A DNA stretch of 63,925 bases, filler included, from Chiloscyllium plagiosum (Eukaryota), in assembly GCF_004010195.1 (NCBI RefSeq). It is 4 parts of one record of this genome, joined end to end, with 100 filler letters (N's around TTAATTAATTAA, not from the genome) between each part and the next. Parts side by side here need not be neighbours in the genome. Positions count along the whole stretch, not along the records: positions 47,313 to 59,121 come from NC_057710.1; positions 59,222 to 63,925 come from NC_057710.1; 2 more parts are not named here. One strand, given 5' to 3'. The notes under the pieces were generated by a model, which worked only from the letters and a program-made list of their open reading frames with translations, was not told where the DNA came from and made no database searches. Position numbers and translations under genes: made by a program. This document shows positions 52,575 through 63,925 of this stretch, piece after piece. How positions within the stretch are numbered: the stretch's first letter is position 1; every line of letters begins with the position of its first letter.

Positions 52575-53121
52575 TGTCGCACACCTAAAGATAGACCATT
52601 GATTTTTCCCATTCGCAGTTGCTGTAACCTGTGACTATTAATTGATGAGCCAAATACCTTTTTATATGTTGTTCCAATGATCCTATGCCTCCTGCAAGCA
52701 GGTAAAAGTATCTGGAGAAGGAATATTGAGAAACAGCTGCTTGATCAGCCATAGAATTATCTCAGTGACCTCTGTAGATAAGAACCACTGAACTGCCTGT
52801 CTGGTCTTTTAACTCTGCCTATAAACATGTTTGTTGTTTCTTGTCTGTATGTGCATTAGGAGAGGGCTTATAAGAGGATTACAGTTTCAACTAGTCATGT
52901 TATATGCCAATGGTTCATAATTGTTTATCCTTCGAATCCACTTATTTGTCATAAATAGTCATGCTTGTTAAGTATAGAAACCTGGTCTGTGTTTTCTGCC
53001 AGCCTGGGTCTGAAACACAAGTAAATAGGGAATTTTGTGTACTTTTTGAAACTTTTAACCTTTCTGACACTTCTGGGGATAGCAGAAATTGATTTCTAGA
53101 GCTATACCCCAGTGAGGTGTG
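52575..53121. mobile_element. Possible solo LTR of another family
   Basis: Begins TGTCGCACACC and ends GGTGTGA (inverted termini); abruptly interrupts a CR1 fragment. Confidence 0.45.
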
Positions 53122-53700
53122 AATAACTCCAGAGGCTGGTATCCAGTCACCAAGTTACCCTTTGTTAGAGCCAGCTCTGAGTGAACAGGATGTCTGACAT
53201 CCTTGTTCTGATCTGTTAGCAGGGCTCCCTAATTTGGGCTGTTAATAAGGTCCACTCAGGGAACTCATTATTCTGAGGTCCACCTGGCTGACCTCATTAC
53301 AATTATACATCCCTCCCCTTTTGAGTTTGACAGCGTAGACCAATTTTTTTTTTGTAGCTCCTCTGGTGTTTTAGCACTGGGTCTGGTTCTTCTGACTCTG
53401 CCTCCAATACAAGCAGTGTGTAATGCACAGTAGCTGGCCTCTTGCACCTGGAGTGTCTTGCAAGAAATTCATTCTCTTCAGGTGGTAACGATGTCGAGGC
53501 AGCAATGATCACTGTGTTCATCTCAGATCCTGAGATACCTTCAGTGTTTGTCGGAGATTGAGAACCCACTGGTTCCTGAACACTCAGGCTGTTGAGGAGC
53601 CACACACGTTTTGCTTCAGCGTAGTTGGCGAGTTTGCAATTTTCAGGACTGTTGCTTGTTCAGGACATTCTCACTTCCCCGAGCTTTATATGTCACTAGA
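53121..53700 (-). mobile_element. Gypsy 3' LTR + polypurine tract + 3' internal region (same family as 42209-45460)
   Basis: LTR to 53309, TCCCTCCCC tract, and QEPVGS...PPEE translation shared with 44932-45126. Confidence 0.85.
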
Positions 53701-55077
53701 CTTGACCTCTTGTCAAATTCTGAGGAAGGTTCACTGGACCCAAGACATTAATTCTGAATTTTCTCCACAGATGCTGCCAGGCTTGCTGAGCTTTTCCAGC
53801 AGTTTCTGTTCTTCTTTGAAAAAGACAATCTTACTTGACTTTATTCTCGTCAATCTATCTCTTGCAGTTGCATCTGCACGTGACAATATTGGTGAGAGTG
53901 AGCATTGCATGTTCCTTATGGCGATGTACAAAGTTTTTAATGAATTTTGAACAGATCGAGCAACTCAAAACTGAACACTCATAATGTCTGTGTGGGCCAC
54001 TAGCAGCAGTAAAATCATGTTCAGCCACAATCTGTAACCTCATGGCCTGGTATATCCCCCACTGTATCATTACCATCAAGCTGAAGACCAACCTTAGTTC
54101 AATGAACAGGGCATGAAGACATGCTGGGGGCAGTGTGAAATATGTTGATTTTGAGACTGCAACATTGTCTTAGACGCCACATAGTGGAAAGCTTGTTGTA
54201 ATAGACAGAGATAAGTAGTCCCATAACCAACAAGTCAAATCAAAGCTCATGAGTTCTGCCATATCTAGTAATAAATACTGGTGGACAATTTATACAACTT
54301 AAATTGAGGCGGAGGCTGCACGAATATCCCACTTGCAATTATGGGAGAACCCAACACATCAGTGTAAATGGCAAGGCCAAAGCATCAACCAGCAGTGAGA
54401 CTTCTTCAGATCCAGAGTCCATGCTGTGCTCTCCTAGTGCAAATTCTTTCTGACTTTGTCCAGCACCTCAGCCACCTTTTGGTCAGTGTGTTGTGTCACT
54501 GATGAAAACCTATCCAAAAATGGTAACAGTGGGCTTTGTAAGGTGTTATTCTGTCCATATAACCATCAGACTGTTGCTTGACCAATCTTTGGGGCAGCTC
54601 TTCCAGTTTTGGCACGAGCCCCCAATGTTAGGAAGGAGCTGGTTTGGGTTTGCATTGTCATTTGTTCACGATGGTTAGTCTGGTTTCACTCATTCCTGAA
54701 TAACTGCTTTTTATGTGGTGAAGGTATTTTGAGTTCTGTTGCTGGCATATTCCTTATTTATGTCCTATAACAATTATATATTTGAAAACTGGAATGGGAT
54801 GTAATTTGGAAGGAAACTTGGAGATGTTGGTAACTTGCACTTGAGCAGACATGCAACAATTAGTGTCTGTTTGTTACTGGGTTATGTTTGTGTGTATGTA
54901 ATCTGTTCTGCACAGGGGAATTAATTAAAATACAAGATACAATTTGCAAATAGACCATTTTTGTTTACTTACAAAAATGCATCCTTTTGGGAAAGATTAC
55001 CCACCTTATTCCTTCTATATTTCTGCATAAAAGTCATCATTTAAGAGGGTAGGTAAACTAAGACCCTCCTAATTGCC

Positions 55078-55310
55078 AGAAGTCGTACACTGCTAGGTTA
55101 TAGCTGGAACAGGTTTATTTGAAATCACAAGCTTTCGGAGTGCTACTTCTTCATCAGGTGAAGTCCTTCATTTTCACTTCACCTGACGACAAAGGAGCAG
55201 TGCTCCGAAAGGCTGTGATTTCAAATAAACCTGTTCTGACTATAACCTAGTGTTGTATGACTTCTGACTTTGTCCACCCCAGTCCAACAGTGGCACCTCC
55301 ATATCATGAT
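55078..55310. mobile_element. Palindromic PLE-derived element with two decayed hammerheads
   Basis: Inverted arms; TCCTAATTGC is duplicated at the flanks. Confidence 0.75.
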
Positions 55311-55762
55311 TCCTAATTGCATAATTGAAAATTTTGGTTTTGAGAAAATTTGTTTGTATAGTTTGATTCAACCTTTACAATATGACAACTGAAATACAAT
55401 TTGTTGATTTGAATAATAACCAAAAACTACCTGAGTTTTGCTATTGGATGTTCTGTGAGTCCCCTGATTTAGTTCATAACTATCTGTTATTTTAGAGCTA
55501 TTTTTAGTTTGAACATTTGAACAAAAGGCAACGTATATGACTCACTGCGCCTTCCTTTCTCCACACCTTCTCCTTTTTTATTATAATATTATTTTAATAC
55601 TTTTCTTAACACTTTGCCCCTCTTTCTCTCTCCTGTTCTGTCCATCTTGACTGATGTAGTTCTAGCTCTATTTGTCTTGCCTCTCATCTCCTCCAGCTTT
55701 GTTTTATCTAATAGTTCTAATTATAAATTGCAGGCCACTTACTATTGATTCCTTTTATTTAG

Positions 55763-55882
55763 CCTGCACAGTGGAAAGCCTCAGCAAAGGAAAACAAACA
55801 TGGGACTCCATTTGTCAGCTTCAATGCTCTCCTAAAACCTGTACCTCAAACCTTCAGTTCATCACCAAACTCTTTAAAGGAG
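55763..55882 (+). CDS. GPBP1: GPBP1 coding exon: PAQWKASAKENKHGTPFVSFNALLKPVPQTFSSSPNSLKE
   Basis: TTTAG acceptor and GTACAA donor; phase 0 to 0. Resembles human PTQWKSQTKENK...NSVKE. Confidence 0.9.
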
Positions 55883-56684
55883 GTACAATTTTATGCACTA
55901 ACTACTGAATTATCTTTTGTGCTAATTTTTAAAATGTTTCATCATGAAGCTCCACTTGATGACCTCAGTTTTGTGCAGAGACTTAAGCTGTGGAACGGAA
56001 GCCACTAATTTTCAGAAACTGACCCTGAGATGCTTTTATGGTGGATTTGTGGGTGCTGTGGCCAGTGACTCAGTCATAAATTTACTTAAATTAGCATTTG
56101 GTGAAGGGTTTTTTTAACAGCGAGTTCCTGGAGGCTACTCTTGATGAATGTAACATATGTAATACACTTTGGTTTTGCTCCTGGCTGTTAGAGATTCTGC
56201 ATTGGAAGTGACAGTCATAGAACCTCATTTAAAGCCTACATAAAAGCAGTTTTCTGTTTAGGAGGGACAAATATCACACTTTTAATAAAACACCATATTT
56301 GCAGTTCTGATCTCTTCAGACTGGAGTTACGATGAAATCAAAGTAATTGATTTGTTATGATGTTCTGCGGGATGAGCAAGAGAAACTATTTCATTCCAGT
56401 TCCCATTTCTTCTTTCAAGAAAATTTGAATGAGCACTTCATTGGAAACACCTGCACACTTGAAATATTTAGTTGCATTTAATACGCTGTATCGAAAGTAT
56501 TAGAAGGGAAAATTTCATATAATGCAAACTGTACCTGTTTACAATTTTTGTAGCTTATTGAAGTCCCTTGTGTGTAATGAAAAGTAATATTTTATGTCCA
56601 TGGTTATGAAGCGCCAAAAATGGGTGACTTTTTTAAAAAAAATTTTTTTTTCAACTCTGCACAGGGGTAAATATTTTCTAATCA

Positions 56685-56785
56685 ACCTGTTCAGACAGGT
56701 TATGATATGCTTGTGGAATAGATGGGGCTTGAACCCAGGCCTCCTGGCTCAGAGATAGGGGCGCTACCACTGCACAGAAGAGCCT
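56685..56785 (-). mobile_element. Short tRNA-derived SINE head (related copy at about 18548-18610)
   Basis: Minus strand GTGCAGTGGTAG...GGGTTCAAGCCCC gives A and B boxes but no complete cloverleaf. Confidence 0.6.
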
Positions 56786-57189
56786 GTTTTCCAAACTGAA
56801 GCAATTTAAATTATTTAATTTTTTTCAGATTTTTATGTTGTCACTATCAAACATCAACCTGTACACCGAAAACAATTTAGGTTTTAGGACTACAGCAAAC
56901 CTAATTCATTGCTCTGACCCCGTATGTTCAGAACAAGGACTCAAGTGATAAATGTGGCATGTTATGGCTTTTCTATAAATATCCAAACTTGATTAATTTT
57001 TGGATTCCTCTGTTATTTAGAAATTATGAAATGTTATTGTGCTCTGACTATTTTTTTGTTCTGGTAATTCCATCAGAAATGTAATGTGATCTGTATCATT
57101 TGTTATGGAGTACACATCTACATTAGTTACTTTTGGACAAAAGTTTTAAAATTTACATCTGAACTGGATTCTTGAAAGTGATGCTAAAC

Positions 57190-58670
57190 CATAAGAACAG
57201 GAACAGGTTGAGGCCTTTCAGACCCTCCAGCCTGTTGCTTGATCGCTCCTCAAGTCCGCTTTTTTGCTCTGTCCCTGTAACCCTTGATTTCCCCTGCTGA
57301 TCAAGAATTTACCTAGCTCAGCCGTCAATATACACAAGGACTGGTGGTCCCCACAGCTTTCAGTGGCAAGCAGATCCAAAGACACTCAACTACCTGAGGA
57401 ATGAAATTCTTCCTCATCTCAGTCTTTAAGTAGTGTCCCTTTATTCTGAGACTATGCCCTCTGGCCCTTGTGTTTCCCCATGGGGGGAGCCCCTTCTCAG
57501 CATTTACCCTGTCAAGCCCCTTGAGAGTCTAATATGTTTCAATACAATCACCTCTGATTCTTCTAAACTCCAGTGAGTAGAGTTCCAATCTGCTTAAATT
57601 TCGCTCAAAGACTATCTCTCCCATACCAAGGATTATTCAAGTGAACCTTCTATGAACAGCCTCAACTGAAATGATCCCTTTTTTCTTATCATAGTAGGGA
57701 TAGTACTCCAGATGTGGTCTCACCAGCATCTTATACAGTTGCAGTAAGATTTCCAACCCTTTGTAGTGCAACTTCCTTGAAATGAGGAACTAATATTTCA
57801 CAGCCTTCCCGATTACCTGCTGCAGCTCTGTGCTAGTTTTGTTTCATGCAAGAGTACCCTCATCCCTTAGTGTTGCAGATTTATGCCATTTTTCTCCATT
57901 GAAATAATAGTTCATTTATTCTGCCTTCCAAATTGATCAATTTTATATTTTTCCATACCATACTCCAGTTGCCGACTTTTTGCCCACTGAACTCAACCTA
58001 TCAATATTTCTGTGAACTGTTTATGTCCCTCGTGCAAATTGTTTTTCCACGTATTGTTGTGTTATCTGCAAATTTGGCTACAAAACATTTGCTTCCTTCT
58101 AAAGAATTAACTCATTGTAGCCAGTTGTGTTCTCACCACTGATCCCTGTGGCACCTTACAGGTCGCCAACCTCAGACTCCCACAGCGTGGAAGTTGACCT
58201 TCCGGTCCATGCAGACTAAGTTCCTAAACCAAACTAGTCCTGTTTGCCTGTGATTGAACCATGTCCCTCAATCTTTCAAATTTGTGTATTTATCTGAATG
58301 TTAGTTAAATTTTGTAAGTGTACCTGGATCTATCATTTCCTTGAGTAATTCATTCCACATACGAACCACTCAGTGTGGGGGGGAAAGAATTATCCTTCAA
58401 GTCCTTTTTTTAAATCTTTCTCCTTTCACCTTAAAAATATGCCCTTGAGTTTATAACTCTCCACCCTAGGGAAAAAACCTTTTACTGTTCACCTTGTCTA
58501 TGCTCCACATGATGTTATAAACCTCAATAAGGTCACTCCTCAAATTCCTACACTCAAATGAAAAAGGTCCCAGCCTCTTCAGCTCAAATCCTCCAGACCC
58601 AGCAACGTTCTTGTAAATCTTTTCTGAACCCTCTCCAATTGAATAGTTCATTTCTTATAGCAGGGAAAGA
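57190..58670 (-). mobile_element. Two adjacent degenerate CR1 3' fragments
   Basis: KFADNT motif and 3' UTRs on the minus strand. Confidence 0.8.
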
Positions 58671-58899
58671 ACCCCTTCTCCCACTCACTTTTTAAAAATG
58701 GGATTATTGAATTGTCTGGGATGTTTGGTGTTTTGTCATAAATTATCATAGAATGTCTACAGTATGAGAACATTATTTTAATTGTGTAAAGTCAGATTTA
58801 TTTTTTCCCAATACAGTATACCCAGTACAGTAATGGATCATTTAGAAGTATACATAAGAGTTGTAGCTTGTGTATCTATTTAACTGATTACATGTAAAG

Positions 58900-59121
58900 G
58901 TAACAACAATGACTGCAGATGCTGGAAACCAGATTCTGGATTAGTGGTGCTGGAAGAGCACAGCAGTTCAGGCAGCGTCCGAGGAGCAGTAAAATCGATG
59001 TTTCGGTCAAAAGTCCTTCATCAGGAATAAAGGCAGAGAGCCTGAAGGGTGGAGAGAAAAGCTAGAGGATGGGGGTGGGGAGAAAGTAGCATAGAGTACA
59101 ATAGGTGAGTGGGGGCGGGGG
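58900..59121 (-). mobile_element. PLE pseudo-LTR at a contig end
   Basis: ACTGCAGATGCTGG head; minus-strand CUGAUGA...GAAA-CA-UC core at about 58997-59024. Confidence 0.75.
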
Positions 59122-59221
59122 NNNNNNNNNNNNNNNNNNNNNNNNNNNNNNNNNNNNNNNNNNNNTTAATTAATTAANNNNNNNNNNNNNNNNNNNNNNN
59201 NNNNNNNNNNNNNNNNNNNNN
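59122..59221. other. Artificial contig spacer
   Basis: Same 100-nt linker; the two flanks are unrelated repeats. Confidence 0.97.
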
Positions 59222-59418
59222 CCACTCTCTGGATTCATTTAAGGAAGAGTTGGATAGAGCTCTCAAAGATAGTGGAATCAAGGGTTATGGAGATAAGGCA
59301 GGAACAGGATACTGATTAGGAATGATCAGCCATGATTATATTGAATGGCGGTGCAGGCTCGAAAGGCTGAATGGCCTACTCCTGCACCTATTGTCTATTG
59401 TCTATTGTCTATTGTCTA
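59222..59418 (+). mobile_element. CR1 3' end with (CTATTGT)n tail
   Basis: 3' UTR followed by a heptamer tandem tail. Confidence 0.9.
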
Positions 59419-60744
59419 TCTCAAAGTCAGGCAGCCTTTGGTTCTTCTATTTGGATCTTCCTGTGTTTTCTTTTAGGAATTTCTGCATCACGTGTTACTG
59501 ATTGACAAAGTACTTTTAAGTGTGCTATTTTTCAAGCAGCCTATTTACATGCTGGGGCTTGGCAGTTCTCCTCGCAACTGTTCAATTTTCCCTGGTCTTA
59601 TACTCCAAAGCATCGACTTACGTCATTGGCTTTTAAGATTGTCAATATACTAAATTCAAATTGGATTGGAGTTTGGCATTTTTCGGGGTACAATTTAAAC
59701 TGATTGGCGGAATTTTAATTTGTCTCCAGGCAACAAGCTAAACAAGTGTTACATTGTTACCTTATTGAGAACACTTGGTGCTGGGTCTGATAGTTCTGCT
59801 GTTTTTAACTCTCTTAAAGTACACCCACATCGTCATAACAATACAACTCTAATAACACTTAGGAAACTTGACATTAAACAGGACAAAGAAGCCCACTTGG
59901 TTCCCTTTCCACCACCTTCAGTAGCTGCACCCTTGTGCATTGATACACAGTGGCTACAGTGTTTATTATCTATAGGATGTACTGCAAGAACTGACCAAGA
60001 TCCTCGATAGCAACTTCAAAATCGACAACTTCTACCAAATGGCCTTACCAAGTGACGGAGCATGCTTATATAGCCAAATGACTGACTTCGGCTGCTACTT
60101 TGCATGTTAGCAGTTATATTCATAGGGACAAGTGCGGCAGATATTTGGGAATGCTACCACCTGCAAATTTCCCTCCAAACTATTAACGATCCTGACTTGG
60201 AAATGTAATGTATCGCTATTCCTCCAGTGTCGCTGCGTCAATATCTTATATACTTCTCTGCAACTGAATTGTACTTGCACCAAATGGACTGCAGTGGTTC
60301 AAGAGGCAGCTCATTGAGAAGGTTGGGTTGAGCAGTAATTGCCAGAGCAGCAATGATGTTCATCCTCGCGAATGAATTTTCTTTTAAAAACATGGAAAGG
60401 GAGAGGTTGTTGAGAGATTTGAGGGAGACGTCCCTCTCTTACCCACCTAATGACTGAGCAGGATGGCCTGCTGGGCTTCCCCTCTGACTCAATATTAAGA
60501 CTTTTATATTTCCAATATTTAACCACTTAAGGGCCTCAGTTAGGATAAGGGCAGGTGGGTTGCTCCAGGTCCAGCCCACTCCACATAGCATTGCAGATTG
60601 GTAAGGGCTGGGTGGGAAAGCAGCTAGATAGCACATTTTCATACGTTCCACTCCCTACCCATCTAAAAACCCACCAGGTTTAATACATCTATTTGTTAAA
60701 TTGATTGTTTTTTTAACCACGCGGCTTTTGTTTTCTAACTGCAG

Positions 60745-60987
60745 GTTAGTGACGGGGCAGAGTGCATTTTCATCCCAAAAAGACTATTCCTGGACGAGGC
60801 ACCAGTCAACTCTAGGCATGCTACAATGGAGTTAGCGAACACTTACCCAAGTGAACAAATCGTTAGACAGAACTTTGCCAGGCAACAGGAATGGAACTTG
60901 TATAAAACTAAACTTGTCAAACAACTAGTAAGTGATAGTGTAAAGCAGAGGTCTGGTTTGGTAAAGCTAAGGAAGAAAATCTTGTAA
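60745..60987 (+). CDS. Terminal coding exon of a probable cyclic-nucleotide-binding-domain (CNBD2-like) gene: VSDGAECIFIPKRLFLDEAP...YPSEQIVRQNFARQQEWNLYKTKLV...KKIL*
   Basis: Strong acceptor (TTTTGTTTTCTAACTGCAG), then 80 open codons and TAA in non-repetitive DNA. The VSxGAEC...YPSE...WxxYK pattern recalls the C-terminus of CNBD2-like proteins. Not GPBP1 sequence. Confidence 0.65.
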   Translation, partial: VSDGAECIFIPKRLFLDEAPVNSRHATMELANTYPSEQIVRQNFARQQEWNLYKTKLVKQLVSDSVKQRSGLVKLRKKIL

Positions 60988-61489
60988 TGTTGGTTCCAAT
61001 ACAACTTAAATTACTACATGGTAGCAATGTTATTTAAGCTGTAATGAATGCTTTGACTACTTAGCAAGATAGGCCGAAAATGTGGGCAATATGTGGCCTG
61101 TTTATCAGACAGTGGACAGCCAGCATGTATGCATTTCAGGCTTATTGAGAAAAGAACAAGTAAAAGATGACTTTTTAATGACATTGAAATAGATATAAGG
61201 TCCTATAAATTATCATTCCTAAATTTCTTGAACAAAAAAAGTGCTGTATTAATCACAATAATTGATTTACCATCATATTTGCTTTATAATTGTGACTAAA
61301 ACAGAAAATAAAAATTATTTTGAAAATTATTTCACAGTTTTTGATTTAAATGTTTCTTACATCTTTGATGTTTTACTCCCATTTTCCACCAGTTTCATAT
61401 ACGTGGAAGCAATGAATCACTGGGATCACTGTGTCCTGCCTTGTGTTGAAAACACAAACTACGTACTTGCAACTTGAGTACAAAATCAG

Positions 61490-61790
61490 CACCATTTTAG
61501 AAATTAAGGCTGGATATTAGGGGGTAAATTCAGAACAGAAATGCGGAGACATTTCTTCAGCCAAAGAGTGGTGGGCCTGTGGAATTCATTGCCGCAGAGT
61601 ACAGTGGAGACCGGGATGCTAAATGTCTTCAAGGCAGAGATTGATAAATTCTTGATGTCACAAGGAATTAAGGGCTGCGGGGAGAATGCGGGTATGTGGA
61701 GTTGAAATGTCCATCAGCCATGATTGAATGGCAGAGTGGACTCGATGGGCCGAATGGCCTTACTTCCACTCCTATGTCTTATGGTCTTAT
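61490..61790 (+). mobile_element. CR1 3' end
   Basis: FFSQRVVGLWNSLP and TCTTATGG tail. Confidence 0.9.
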
Positions 61791-62017
61791 GATATGGACA
61801 GCAGTCTAACTTCATACAAGTGTAAGTCAAGGGATGAGACACCAAGGCATAATGAAATAATCTGTATATGAGAGAAAAGAAATTGAACCACATCTAAAGG
61901 TATCGCAGAAGGTGCAGGTGTTTACATCACTTCACAAAAGGTATGATAGAGAGGTACCACTTCTCACATTTCTACAAGACCAATAAAAGTTCAAAATCAT
62001 GACAATTTCCACTTCCA

Positions 62018-63601
62018 AATAAAAGCTAAATACTGTAAAATCTAAAAATAAAACAGAGAATGCTAGCGAAACTCAGCAGGTCTGGCAGCATCTGTGGAGA
62101 ATGGAACAGAATTAACATTTCAGGTCAGACTTATGTGTTATGCCTACTCCTTTTTGGGTATGTGGATCATTCCTTGTTCCAGTCCTACCTGGGCATCCAC
62201 CCACAATTCCTTCTCTGATATGTTGATTATTTCATCAGTGCTGCTTCCTGCTTTTGTCCAAAACTGGAAAAAGTCACAAGTTTTGCTTCTAATTTCCTTT
62301 TTTCACCTTCACCTGGTCCATCTCCGACTCTTTCCTTCCCTTCTTTGACCTCACTGTTTCCATTTCTGGGGATAACCTGTCTACCAGTATCTATTACAAA
62401 CCCACCGACTCCCACAGTTACCTTGACTGCACTCCTTTGTTTCCTGTAAGGAATATATTCTATATTCCCAGTTTCTCAATTTCCATCACATCCATTCTGA
62501 TGATACCACCTCCCAGTGCACTGTCTCTGATGTGACCTTTTTTCTGAATCAAAGCTCCTATCCCTCCACATCATGATTGACAGGGTATGACCTGGTTTCT
62601 GCACTTCTGCCCTCAGCTCTTCCCAACACAGAACACCACCAGGGTTCCCCCATTCTTACATTCTACCAAATCAATCCCCAAGTTCCAAAGGATCATCCAA
62701 TGTTATTCTGCCATCTCCAGCAGGAGGCCAGCACCAAACACATCTTCTCCTCTCTCCACTGTCAGTGTTCTGCAAGAACCAACCCTTTTGTGACATCCTG
62801 ATTCACTCATCCAGCACTCCTAACACTTCCTCACCTGTAACAAACCTCTACCCCAAGGCATCTCTCCTTGAAACACTTAGACATTTACCTTCTCCCTCCT
62901 TACTGTCCAAAGCCTCAAATGCACCTCCCAGGTGAACAAGCATTTCACTTGCACTTCTTCAAGTCTACTCCATGCACTGCACACAATCTGGTCTACTTCA
63001 CATTGTCAAAGCATGCACCAAGTGACTATTTTGTGTAAACACCTCCACTCTGTCCATAAGAATGACCTTGACTTTTCAGTTGTATGCTATTACAATGAAT
63101 TATTTTGTTCATTTCTGCCCTCAGCCTGCTATAATGTTCTAATGTCTGTCCTCAGCTTGCTGAGATGCAAGATGGAGGAACAATACCTCATTCTTTTCTT
63201 CAGCACTTTACAACCTTCAAGAGCCAACATTGAGTTCAACAATTTCAAAGCATGAACACTGTCCTCCATTTTGATTACAAAAGCCCCCTTCCATCCCTAT
63301 TCTCCCCTGCTGTGACTTGTTGCCTTTGGTCTCAGCAAATTGGACCTATTTTTTCCTTTTCACATCAAACTGTTTCTACAACTCCTTTACTATGCAGAGT
63401 GCACCCTTTTTTTTTGCTCTGTATACCCCCATCTGTTCCATTCACTCCTCCTCCTGCCCTGCCAACACTATAAATAGTACCATTTCCCAGCCCACGTCAG
63501 TTCTGCAAGAGTTTAATATCGGACTCAAACATTTAACTCTGTTTCTCTCTCTCCACAGATGATGTCACAACTGCTGACTGTCTGCAGCATTTTCTGTTTT
63601 T
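62018..63601 (+). mobile_element. Decayed Neptune-type Penelope-like element with an inverted 5' pseudo-LTR
   Basis: FTWSISDSFLPFFDL, SIYYKPTDSHSYLD (RT thumb) and EEQYLILFFSTLQPSRANIEF (GIY-YIG end); ATTTCCACTT duplicated at 62005 and 63602. Confidence 0.82.
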
Positions 63602-63925
63602 ATTTCCACTTTCAACTTATAGGTCAGGCCATGTCTGTCACTGGCCAGAGTCAGTACATAACCAGAAAAGGGTAAGACAGTATGGTGGATTACTGAGGCT
63701 TGTGTTGGCCTGGGGCAATTTGTACAGAGTGTAGAAAAACTGTACCCTGTAACATTATTTTTTTATATAGATATTTTTATTAGAGATTTAACATTTTTAC
63801 AAGTTTACAAAAATAAAAAAAAGTCTCAAATACAAACATTGATATACAATTAAATCAAATATACAATAGCCAAAATTTAACAAAAGAAAAAATACCGAAA
63901 AAGAAAAAAAAACAAAACTCAACTG

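Overview
Vertebrate genomic DNA, almost certainly a shark or other elasmobranch (HE1/V-SINEs, dense CR1 LINEs). It consists of four contigs joined by artificial 100-nt spacers (N44-TTAATTAATTAA-N44) at 16320, 47213 and 59122. Five consecutive, phase-compatible coding exons of GPBP1 (vasculin) lie on the + strand between 26390 and 55882 (714 nt, 238 aa). I could not find the GPBP1 start exon or its 3' exons. After the third spacer there is a terminal coding exon of a different, CNBD2-like gene. Most of the rest is transposable elements: CR1 LINEs, a decayed Ty3/Gypsy element and solo LTRs, tRNA-derived SINEs, a Mutator-like MITE and Penelope-like elements (PLEs). The most striking unannotated signal is a set of minimal hammerhead ribozyme cores with covarying stem II in at least four PLE-related repeat families. 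These occur as fold-back palindromic insertions with 12-22 nt target-site duplications (TSDs), as 30-40 nt 'tail-only' micro-insertions, and in one apparent capture of about 0.7 kb of foreign DNA. All homology calls are from memory, not database searches.
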